Shown piece by piece: positions 36,916-47,850 of a stretch of 64,000 nucleotides of DNA. Numbering within the stretch: position 1 is the first letter of the stretch; each line of letters starts with the position of its first letter. The notes below the pieces were generated by a model. That model was not told where the DNA came from. It saw only the letters and a list, made by a program, of their open reading frames with translations, and did not search any database. Both the position numbers and the translations under genes were made by a program. The stretch comes from Podarcis muralis (Eukaryota). The DNA lies in the NCBI RefSeq assembly GCF_964188315.1, contig NC_135666.1:27404001-27468000 (forward strand), in the 5' to 3' direction.

Positions 36916-39381
36916 CCACACAGAACCCTTTGCTGCCACACCCACTGCCATGTGAATTTATCGGCTATTTGTGTGGGCCACAGGTGGGCCACGGCCTAAT
37001 GTTCTGTTGCCTTCAGACCAATTTCAAGTGTTCTCTACGATTAAGCGGTTTAGAAGATGAACCGGCCACCCACCCTTCAGCAGGCTGTTGGTTGTAGAGA
37101 AAGATGTTAAAAGAGAAGAAGAAAGAAGGAGGCATCAGAAAGAGGAGTCCCCACCCATAACTGGCTTCAGCCTTGCCCACAATTGGCATTTGGTCCTTGA
37201 CAGGGGAAAAAGGGTGCCCACACCAGACTACCAGTACTGTATGGAACTACCTTGAGATGGGATGTAGTTGAGCTAGAAAAGGTATCTGTCCAAGGTGCTG
37301 AGTTGTATGTAGCATGGCTGCTCCTCACCCAGTTAGGTGGTATGGGGCTAAATGGGCAACTGGTCTAATTCACTAAACACCACTCTCTTCTTTTCTGGTT
37401 CATTGTCAGTACACTTAAAATGCGGTTCATGAATTGTTTTTTCTCTCCAGATAGGGAGAGTCATACATTTGGATCTATGAATAAAAGTTTCTGTTCCGTT
37501 TTTAAGGGTAAAGAATTCTCATTGTAGGGTTTATTTATTTATTTTTAAAATCAATTTCCCTACTTTTCTCAGCCTCCAGGGCCTGACTATAAACAAGCTC
37601 ATATTGTTGTGAAAAGACTCAGTCATCTGTCTGTATCATACGCCGGGATGTCGAGCGTTTTCTCCTTTTCTCTTGCCCTTGTTGCTTTTAATGCTGGGTT
37701 CTTTTCTCCAGCCATCCATAGTAAACACCAATTCCATTTCCATTCTATTATTTTTCTAATCAAGAGTTTGTCATGCAAAAGAAGATCTGAGGTGACTGTG
37801 TTTTCCATTATGCAAAGTATTCAACTATGATAATGGCTTTAGGACAGTTTCAGAAAGAAAAGGTGGGGGGAGGGGAGGAGTGCATGGAAAGATCCCTTCA
37901 TATATATTTCCTCCCTCACATTTAAAATTCAGGCCACTGAGTTCACCCTAATTTGCCACACACATTTTCTCTAGTCTCCCCAATCTGTTCTTATTGTAAA
38001 TAAAAGAATTGGCAGCTTCCAGTGAATGGGCTTCTCTTAAGTGCTTATCAAAAAAAGAAAGGAGGGGGGAGGGAGGAATGTAGAAGAAGGAGAAGAGGGA
38101 AGAAAGGGATTGTAAAACGTAGTCATATTTAGTACACTCTCCGCTTCTCTTTGCTTGCACGACTAAACGCGCATTTAGTAAAATCTACAGTCAATGAATT
38201 TTACCTTTTGAGCCCAAGTTGTTTCTGCTCAGAACAAAGTAATAATAATATAAAGAAAAAATGCCAGCAAAGAAAACCTGACATTTCTTAGAAATTTTCT
38301 AGTCTGTCTTATGCCAAATCCCATAGGGACGACGGGGCTGTAAAGAATGGGAGTTTATTTTCCAAGTGCTTTGAACACGGCGCTTTCATATTTTCTGGGG
38401 CAAGGTGCTTTGGCAATCTCAATAATTGTATTTTGCTATTAGTCTATCATTTGAAAATGTTGAAGATTCTGCACGCACTTGATGAGGCATGAGGATTTGC
38501 TTGCTTTTAGTTTGCATGGTAATTAATGTCCAACCAAATGCAAAAACTACTGCCGTAAACCTGATTTCTAGGGCAACTATATATATTTTTTTCTTTGGCT
38601 CTCTCTTTTTGCCACATGCATTTCTCTGTGTACATTTGCAGATATATCACGACAGTTGGTTTGCACTACTTGCTCAAGGGGTGTGCCTTGGTGGAGAAAA
38701 AGTAAGCTATGAGGCCCACCTAGCAACACAGCAACCACCTCTCTGATCAGTGGGGATCACTACCAACATCTACACCACCTTGAGGTGGATTGCAATAGGC
38801 AGTATATAAAAATCATTGTAAATAAACAAAAGTAAATAAAACTCATGGTATGCATCACGGTTTATTTATCCAAGCCAAACGACAAGAACCCCCCTCCCCT
38901 AAAATTAGAATCATAAGGGATCAAAAGCATAGAACCATCCACAGGCCAGCCTGCCTGGTTTCCCCACCCCCATTCTCACGTCAATCCAAACCACAGTACA
39001 CCATCATGGCCGAGATTTAGAGTACTATGCCAGGCAATTTTTTTTGTCCAGTGGAACTTTGGATATGATACTCGACCACATGGAGGGGGGGTTTGGGGAG
39101 CAGCTTGTGGCATTGGGGAGGAGGGTGTCTGCCATTCAAAATGGGTAAGTAAAAAATCCCATTGAGCATGCCCACAACCATTGGGCACATCTAAAGTAGC
39201 TCCTTAGAGATCCCAGCCAATGTGCTGCACAAGATTTGAAGAGAAAGAGTGCCGGAAAAGCCAAGAGCAATACAGTAAGAGAAGGTCAAATGAAGGTCAC
39301 TTGTCAAATGGGCCTTTGTAATTAATCAGATCTGGAGTACGACTTGTTTCAAAGTATCAATGAAACTCTTAAAGTTTTTTG

Positions 39382-39384
<3 letters not shown>

Positions 39385-39414
<30 letters not shown>
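39385..39414. repeat. (AC)15 microsatellite
   Basis: Read directly from the sequence. Confidence 0.97.
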
Positions 39415-39415
<1 letters not shown>

Positions 39416-41149
39416 ACTCAAGAAAAAGAGCTGCCGGAATTCACCATGAACACCACCCTCATTTTCTTAGAACGACAATGGTGCCCACTTGAGAGGTGCA
39501 GGAACTCACCTGAGAGGTGCCAGAACTTAGTTCTGGTGAGTTAAAAAAAAAAGCTGTGTGCTTGTTTGTGACTCTGGGATTTTGATTCCTTTGGGTGATA
39601 GATAGTGCTGATAACTGAGGATGACTGTATGAGCAGAATCCATTGGAAGCAAAGATGCAACAGAGATCCAGAAAACATGTATCTTTCCACCATCACCACC
39701 TCCCACAATACCTGTTTCTGGCTAATTCTAGGTAAAAAACTGTCTTTGTGCAAACTTCAAAGGTGCTGTATCACACTACTACAGGGCTCAACTGCTGCAG
39801 GTAAATGGCCGTTTCCAGGAAATGTAGTTCTGGTCCTATCCTTCCTTTACACATTTCATTTACCTGCCCTGAGGTTTTAGGCTGCCCTATCCTGTATTGT
39901 TTAAAATATTTGTTTTTATTTTAAACTGTACCTGGTTTTAATCTGTATCGCTGAAAACCATTTTGGGACCTTTAGCAAAAAGGATCTAAAGATCTAATGC
40001 ATGAATAAAATAAATAAAAATGTAGTGAGAACATGTGGTGAGGATTTTCAGATCCCTGAACACTCTGTCACCATGGTCAAACTGGCTAAACTCACAACAA
40101 CAACACCTACCAAATGCCTGAGAAAACATTTAGAAAACTAAATGCCTTTATTTGGCACTGAATTATATAAGAGTCGGTCATCCTAATTTCCAGAGGCTGG
40201 GTGCCACAAATGAAAAGGCCCTGCTGCAACCTTACTTCACTATATTAATGTGCTGCATTTTTGAAATGGCCACTTATTGGCTAGCTTCTAATTCAGCACT
40301 AATTCCTGGAATCCTTGCCGATTTCTGATATTTTTTTTACTCTCTGTGAAGTATTTTAACATCCGTCACAACCAGCACAGTCCCATTGTCCACCTCACAC
40401 CGACCCCCAACCAAGAAGGGAGTCAGCAGCACCTTAATTCATCTTGTTTATACACCCTCCATCTCCCCTCAAAGACAGCCCTTGATGATTGTTTTGACAC
40501 AATCCTTAGAGTAGATAGTAGAATAGACGTATTACCTTGGCAGGCTGCAGGCCAAACTCTTGTTCAAATTCTTCTGGCTGAAAAGCTCCCCTTCTTAAAC
40601 TCCACTTTTTCAATTCATCGTCTTGAATACAGAGTTAGGCACTTCATCTCAGTGTGTAGCAAGACTTGGTCTTTATGTATTTAAGTCACACTAAGAGAGA
40701 GAAAAAGAAAGAAGGAAAGGTGTGGGCCTTAATGATACTGTTCCATCATGCTAAGCACACACTGTAACAATCCTATATGCCCATTTCCTTCAGACCTGAG
40801 TCAACGCGACCAGATATATCAGCAAGTTCACACTTCATTCTAAATTACACAAAGGTTTTCCAAATCAGTCGAGATTTTAATTTTGGTTGTAATTTTCAAA
40901 TTGTCCTATCACAAACTTTTAGGGTGATCTGTAACAAAGGACAAAGTCCCTGCTCTCCACCAATCAATGTCAAGCACTTAAACAAAAAACAAAAAACTTA
41001 TACCATTCATCAATCTTATTATGTGTCTGCTCCAGCAGTAGCTGCAATGTAAAAGGTAAGGAACTGATTTAGAGACAAAATCTTTTGTACAAAGCCATCC
41101 ATGACTTTATGAGCAAGTTTTGAACCCACATCCAATCTTGGTACTGTAT

Positions 41150-41330
41150 TTATTTATTACACTTAAGTTGTACCTTTTGTTCAAGAAACCCAGGGCATCG
41201 TACATGTACCTGCCTCATTTAATCCATTCAACCCTGTAAACCTGGTTAGGGTGAGAAAAAGAGAAGGAACCAGTGAGGGTTGACTGAGTGGATTTGAAGC
41301 CACATATCCCTGGTCCAAGACACTATCCTG
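41150..41330 (-). mobile_element. MIR/CORE-type SINE relic
   Basis: TATTTATTTATT tail, then AACCCTGTAAA..GGTTAGG and GGATTTGAAGCC (reversed B box). Confidence 0.4.
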
Positions 41331-41497
41331 CATTGGCTCACCTTGGATCAAACTTCAGCTCTGTTTACCAGGTTTCTGACCATTTTTAAAATATGGTGTT
41401 CCTCTTGTTTAGCAGAAGTGTTAAGAATTAATTTAAGAACCTGAATTTGTAATTCCACAAAGCAAACAAAGTGTTTCCATTGTACTATGAACAGTAT

Positions 41498-41863
41498 AGG
41501 TAAAGGTAAAGGTAAAGGTACCCCTGCCCGTACGGGCCAGTCTTGACAGACTCTAGGGTTGTGCGCTCATCTCACTCTATAGGCCGGGAGCCAGCGCTGT
41601 CCGGAGACACTTCCGGGCCACGTGGCCAGCGTGACAAGCTGCATCTGGCGAGCCAGCGCAGCACACGGAACGCCGTTTACCTTCCCGCCAGTAAGCGGTC
41701 CCTATTTATCTACTTGCACCCGGGGGTGCTTTCGAACTGCTAGGTTGGCAGGCGCTGGGACTGAGCAACGGGAGCGCACCCGCTGCGGGGATTCGAACCG
41801 CCGACCTTTCGATCGGCAAGCCCTAGGCGCTGAGGCTTTTACCCACAGCGCCACCCGCGTCCC
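41498..41863 (-). mobile_element. Full-length Sauria SINE (young copy)
   Basis: Minus strand starts GGGACGCGGGTGGCGC, has an intact B box GGTTCGAATCC (41789-41799) and a (TTTACC)n tail. 11-bp TSD ATGAACAGTAT (41487-41497, 41864-41874). Many CpGs retained. Confidence 0.95.
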
Positions 41864-43399
41864 ATGAACAGTATTAACTATACTGGACCATACCAGTGTA
41901 GGATTGCCTTCCAGTACCTTGAAATTGTAGTGAGTTATAAGAAAAGTTTAAAAAGTTTATTTAACCCCAACAATGATTAATTATTGTTGTGAACCATTTA
42001 AGAAGCCCCATGTGTGCAAACAATGTCTGCTCTCTCCCCTGTTGTGAAAACGATGTATGCTGAGGAGGTCTAAACTCATGAGTGTTATTTTTAAAATATT
42101 CAGATATAAATCTGAAAAAGCGCTATTGTTTAAGGAAGAATTGGGTTGCTCAAAAAGCAGATTTAGAAACACCTTCCCTTTGCAGGAGCTCCAAGACACA
42201 CATGAGGCTCCTCAATAAATCATTACTTTTCCACTCATTTCAATGGCTGCATACTAAAAGGAAGTAGATCGTCATAAACTTTTTTCACATATTAGAATGA
42301 CTGAGGCAAACCCGCATGTGCAATGGAATTTGTGCAAATCTGATTGTATATGTATTTGATTAATTGTGGGTGCAAATTAAAAGGGGGGGAATTAACAGAG
42401 TAATCATATGAATATCTACTCAAGTAGTAAGCCACATGGAGCTTATTCCCAGGTGTGCAGGACTACAGCTTAGCTCTTCCATTCTAAACACATCTACTAG
42501 AGAGTCGGTCCCACTGAATGTCATGAAACTTACTTTTGAGTAAACATGCATGAGATTGCCCTGTTGGAAGGAGAGCTGGCCCAAAAGAATATCAGCAATA
42601 ATTACATACGATATATGTATGCTATATCTGAAAGAGATCCAGCAATCATTTAAATATATTCATTTTCTCAACATAGAATGTCCTGCACTGTGAATTTTCA
42701 AGTACCCAGGAGTTAGTGTATTACAGATTTTTTATTATTTAAAAAACCAGATAAACTAGATAGGTAATGATATGCTATTTCAAAAAGATGCCTTTCTTCC
42801 TCTATTCATTATAACTAGATGTTGGTAGTAACTTTTTTGAATGTGGGACAGCACTGCTGGGAGAAAGGAAGTGGCCTAAATATTTAGTCTGAGATCTGTC
42901 TGTAAGACAGAAAAAATGTTCTAGCTATTGACTGCAACAGAGTCAAAACAGAAGCTGGAAGACATTCTCTCCTAATAGACTTGATTCTAGCTTGTTTTGT
43001 TTCTGTGCGAGACAGGCTGCAATCCTACATGCACATACCTGGGAGTAAGTGCCACTGAACTCACTAGGTCTTCTGAGTGAGTAGACAACCCGAGGAACCT
43101 GTGGTGCACAAGCTACAAATTAATTTTCAAAGCAGGATGTAGAAGCCTATGTTCCTTTATCCAACTTATATAGTAGCACATTTTACTGGGGTGTATGTTT
43201 CTGTTCAGATTTCACTTGGGAGTTGGTTTCTGTGAGCAAATGGAAAGAGTTTGAACTTAAGGGAAAGCTTATGGTGTGATGGGGAAGTAAATGAAAGTTG
43301 AAATGGAATTATGTGTAATTCCAAGGAGTGCCTTGGAAAACAGCCCACTAGGATTCCACTGTAAATGTATGAGGGTCAAAATTAAATGTGGCTTCCTGT

Positions 43400-43625
43400 T
43401 TGTGGAATGCTATCCCCAGGGAGGTTCATCTTCAGGCACCAGGCAAAAAACGGATCTCTTCAACCAGGCTGATTGGTATTCTATGGCCTTTAAAATGTGT
43501 TTGTGGAAGAGAGCAGTTAATGTTTTAACTATTTATTTCATGCTTCTATCCTGTATTTTTATCCTGTGAACCACCCTGAGATATTTGGATGAGTGCGGTA
43601 TATAGATCTAAAAATAAATAAATGA
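43400..43625 (+). mobile_element. L2 LINE 3' end
   Basis: CCCCAGGGAGG...CAGGCACCAGGCAAAAAAC...CTCTTCAACCAGGC...GTGAACCACCCTGAGAT...AAATAAATAAA. Confidence 0.6.
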
Positions 43626-44894
43626 GATGTTAGGCTACAAGTTAGAAAAGGCCCAGCTTTTGGAACCATTGGAACTACCTCCCAAGGAATCTGATTTGGA
43701 TCTCTCTTTTTTTATATGAAATTGGTCAGATGGTTACAGGTTTTCCATGAGGACTAGGAGCTTCACCCCCCTGTCCTTTTTATGAAAATTGGTATTTTCA
43801 GGATGCTGCTCCAGTTGTTAGTCACATGTCCTCCTCTCCTGTGGCATAACCAGAGTTATGCTGCTTTGTTTAATCTCCCCAACTGTTACTGCCCAGCAGA
43901 CTACACTCCTCAAACTACGTCTTCTGGCCAACTGGGTGGAGTCTTGCTACAATCCAATGACTTGTTTAGGGAGGGAGATGGGTCAACTATTTCTCTCTAC
44001 ACCTTGAGTCATACAATTCGCTACCATATTCCAGAAGGGAAGGCTAGATCAGCAGGTGTGTTTTGGTTTATGAGGCAATACATTTGGGTGGAGCAGTGAA
44101 GTTGTCAAAAGTGTGAAGTGGGAGGTTAGAAAGTCCTAGGCGATAATAAGAGTGACCACCAAGTATGGCCATTGTAAATATTGTTTAGATTATGTGTGTG
44201 AAACACTAAGCTTACAAAGTGATATTACACATCTATGTACTGAGAGGTGGAAGGTGGGAAAGAGACAGAGAGAGATTCTTACTACTTGCTTCTATAGGAA
44301 CCAGTATTAGTATGGAGACAACCTTGACTGCGTAAACACTTGTTCCCAGCCAAACTTCTTTGCTACCAGTTGTTTTGAGTGCATCTTTTGTCCTTGGCAC
44401 ATCCTCCCTCCCATCCCAAAGTTTGAACTTGCCATGGAAACCTCAGAGGAACCACCAGTCAGGAAGCTAGCTAATGCCACAACAGCAGTGGAAACACAAA
44501 TGGGAGTGTGTAAACAGGCTTACAGCCACATTTACCCAGTGAAGTTATCAGATGATCCCCACACATGTGCTGAAGCTAGCTAGCCCTGTCCCATGTGCAA
44601 AAGCCATGGCTTCATTTGACTTGTTTATATGTTCAGTCAGCATGTGAAGGGGCTCTACATGTGTACTCCTCCCCCACTGCAAAGGTGCCACCTGATTGGC
44701 CCAGGATTCCTCCTTATGTCGAAGAGCTCATTGCCTACAGAGCCCCTTCACAGGCTGGCTAAGCACAAGGGCAACAAAGGGGAATGGCTGCTGTACACCT
44801 GGGCAATGGTGGTATGAATTGCCTGAGCCTATTGTCTCTAACAAGAACAACAACAACAGGAAACACCTGATTCCAGCTAAACACAACTAAGTCC

Positions 44895-44909
44895 AGTGCC
44901 ACCTAGTGA
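44895..44909 (-). promoter_or_regulatory. Candidate CTCF site
   Basis: AGTGCCACCTAGTGA matches the canonical CTCF core AGTGCCACCTAGTGG at 14/15 positions. Confidence 0.5.
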
Positions 44910-45152
44910 CTAAACATAATGACAATTTATCCTCCTTGTAGCATTACAGCTATCAGAGACCTGCTGCATTAGCCTGAAGTCCCAATTCTTGCACTTATTT
45001 GTGGGTGAGGGATGTATTTTTGAAACTAAAGCTAAAACTACCTCTAATTTTTGGCCGACAGATCAAACACAGTGAGATCTCTGTCTCTCCTTCAGCTATG
45101 CATTTCTTTTGCTGTTTCTGCCTAACCTCACACTTGGAAGTGATCAAACATG

Positions 45153-45404
45153 TTGTTGTTGTTGTTGTTTAGTCGTTTAGTCATGTCCGACTCTTCGTGA
45201 CCCCATGGACCAGAGCACGCCAGGCACCTCTGTCCTCCACTACCTCTCGCAGTTTGATCAAACTCATGCTGGTAACCTCAAAAACACTATCCAACCATCT
45301 CGTCCTCTGTCGCCCCCTTCTCCTTGTGCCCTCCATCTTTCCCAGCATCAGTGTCTTCTCCAGGGAGTCTTCTCTTCTCATGAGGTGGCCAAAGTACTGG
45401 AGCC
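45153..45404 (-). mobile_element. 5'-truncated RTE-BovB LINE
   Basis: Minus frame LQYFGHLMRREDSLEKTLMLGKMEGTRRRGRQRTRWLDSV...WRALVHGVTKSRT is the BovB C-terminus. (CAA)n tail and 11-bp TSD GATCAAACATG (45142-45152, 45405-45415). Confidence 0.95.
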
Positions 45405-45494
45405 GATCAAACATGAGCAAGATACTATTCAGTGGACACAGCACCACCTAACTCTAATGAAAGTAACACGAGTACCTTGAGTAGCTTGGGAAGT

Positions 45495-46205
45495 TATGCA
45501 TTCATGCAGCACAGAGTTAAACTATGAGACTCATTCCCGGTTGAGGCAGTGACGGCCACCAGCTTGCATGGCTTTAAAAGAGTACTACTATATTGGACAA
45601 ATTGTTTAGCCTGGAGAAGAGGAGGTTAAGGGGTGATATGATAGCCATGTTCAAATATATAAAAGGATGTCATATAGAGGAGGGAGAAAGGTTGTTTTCT
45701 GCTGCTCCAGAGAAGTGGACACGGAGCAATGGATCCAAACTACAAGAAAGAAGATTCCACCTAAACATTAGGAAGAACTTCCTGACAGTAAGAGCTGTTT
45801 GACAGTGGAATTTGCTGCCAAGGAGTGTGGTGGAGTCTCCTTCTTTGGAGGTCTTTAAGCAGAGGCTTGACAACTATATGTCAGGAGTGCTCTGATGGTG
45901 TTTCCTGCTTGGCAGGGAGTTGGACTCGATGGCCCTTGTGGTCTATTCCAACTCTATGATTCTATGAAATTCATGGAGTTATTCAAGGCTTTCACTGGCT
46001 ACGAGGCATGGTAGCTATGCTCTGCATCCACAGTCAGAGGTGGTAATGCAGCATTACCAATGACCAGTTACTAATGCTTCAGAATATCAGCTTCTAGGAA
46101 CCTCAGGAGCTGAGAATGCTCTTGTGCTCAGGTTTTGCTGCTGATATCCCAGAGGTATGTATGGTCAACTGTGAGAACAGGATGCTGGACTTGGGCAGAT
46201 CTACT
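45495..46205 (+). mobile_element. Old CR1 3' end, split by a younger CR1
   Basis: FMQHRVKL*DSFPVEAVTATSLHGFKR resembles the CR1 C-terminus (FTQRIVKLWNSLP..AVMATNLDGFKR). It resumes at 45972 (CATGGAG...) into the 3' UTR. Confidence 0.7.
45604..45966 (+). mobile_element. Younger CR1 3' fragment
   Basis: LFSLEKRRLRGDMIAMFKYIKGCHIEEGERLFS...RFHLNIRKNFLTVRAV with an (ATTCTATG)-type tail. 5-bp TSD AAATT (45599-45603, 45967-45971). Confidence 0.92.
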
Positions 46206-47521
46206 ATGAAACTAATGAAGCTTAAGGTTCAGGACCCTTAATCCCAGAGGGGCCCCAGAAGTGATTTTAGTCCTCATTGCTTAACATTTTTGGGTCTAAT
46301 ACACCCACAATTTGTGTCATACAATTCAAACTGGGTTGGTTTTTTTACTGTATTTCAACAATCCCAAAGTTAAAGAGTCAGTAGTGGTGATCTGTCATGG
46401 AACAACCCTACTGAAGAAGAAAACAGTGGTTACCTAGAACTTGTTGCTGGTTGAGAAGTGGCCCGGTTACAGTTCAAGCTTCAAGGCCCCCAAAATGTAG
46501 ATTCAGGGCTGGCTGGAATAAATGGGCCACTGGACTAAAGGTTCTTCTCATGTTCACATGTTTATTTGAAAGCCAGCCACACTCAATTTCACCCAGGTAC
46601 TTATGCACAGCATTTGATCTGGGCCACAAAAGTTGGTCCTGGTTTTTTATTTTTGTTTTATTTTGGTTTGGTCTTCAAATCCTTTGAGATATTTGCCCAA
46701 TTTTACCTCCCAGCCTGACATCAGTCCCTCCAGCAATGATGTGTTTTGTAAGTTCTCGGATGGATGGGTGGGTGGAGGGAGGGAACAGCTGTCATTTTAA
46801 ATGTTAATTTCTGGGAAGAAACTGACTTAATGTTTGCTTCATTTTTTTAAACAAAATACATAATCGTTTCATGTCGACTTTACAAGTGTATTTAAGGGCG
46901 GGAGGCTGGGAAGCGAGCGCTGAGTAAGGCGCGCCAAGAGGCCGCCTCTAAAGACTTCCCTGCGTCAGGTTACAATCATTTCAAGTGAAGAGTTTTTGGT
47001 GGTTGAGGGTTTTGTCGTTTTTGTTTTATTGAAAGCTGCTCAGCAAACGAGCGTCTACCTCCAAGTTGCGATGCTCTAAAACTTTGCTCTAATTCACAAA
47101 CATACGTCCTTGCCTTAAGTCTTCTCCTGCCCCCCTTTTTGCATTTTATTAAAATGCGAACCACCGAATTTTTAGGCGTAGAAAGGGGAAGAAAGCAATT
47201 GTATGCTGCCTCCTATTCATTAGCTGCTCACACAGCATATGGGTCTATTCTTCTTTTTAAGGCAAAACCCACCAAGCCTGGCCTCCCCCCCTCCCCCTCG
47301 TGTCCTGGAGGAGAAGTTGGAGGAGGAGCGAGGCGGGAGGGAGGGCGGAGAGAGAGAAACCGTATCGGACGACCTCCGCCTCCTCCTGCGCTTGGAAGCG
47401 GGGAGTGATGTTGGGCGACGGTCCCTGACGCAGGGAAAACTTAGGCGTCGGTTTCAAGGCTCCTCCCTTCTGGTGAAAGGCAGACTGCGGGGCGCCTGGA
47501 AACCGGTTCGAGGGAGAGAGG

Positions 47522-47850
47522 GCTTGAGGGATTGCCACAAATGGTCAGGCGGCAGCGGTGGCGGAGAAAGAAGAAGAAAAGGCGGCGGTAGCAGCAGCAG
47601 CAAGAGCTGGAGCTGGCGCGCTCTGCCTGGCAGGCGAGAGAGAGAGCAGAGCGCGCTGGCGGCGCGGCGGAGGGACGTGCTCGCGGGGTGGCCCTCGCCG
47701 TCCTCCTCTTCCTTGCAGCCTCCCCTGCAGGAGGCTCAAGTTTGACCTGGCAAGAGAGGAGGTGAAAGGCGGCGGCAGCAGCAGCAGCAGGAGGGACCTG
47801 GAGAGGGAGGAGGCGGCGGCGGGAGCAGCAGCCAGAGGACCCGGCGAAGT
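47522..47850 (+). other. Probable FZD1 5' UTR
   Basis: TTGAGGGATTGCCACAAATGGTCAGGCGGC closely matches my recollection of the start of human FZD1 mRNA (AGTTGAGGGATTGACACAAATGGTCAGGCGGC). The TSS position is inferred. Confidence 0.6.
47541..47591 (+). CDS. Candidate uORF, 16 aa, MVRRQRWRRKKKKRRR
   Basis: Only ATG in the inferred leader, with G at +4 and TAG at 47589-47591. Out of frame with FZD1. Translation is not demonstrated. Confidence 0.45.
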   Translation: MVRRQRWRRKKKKRRR

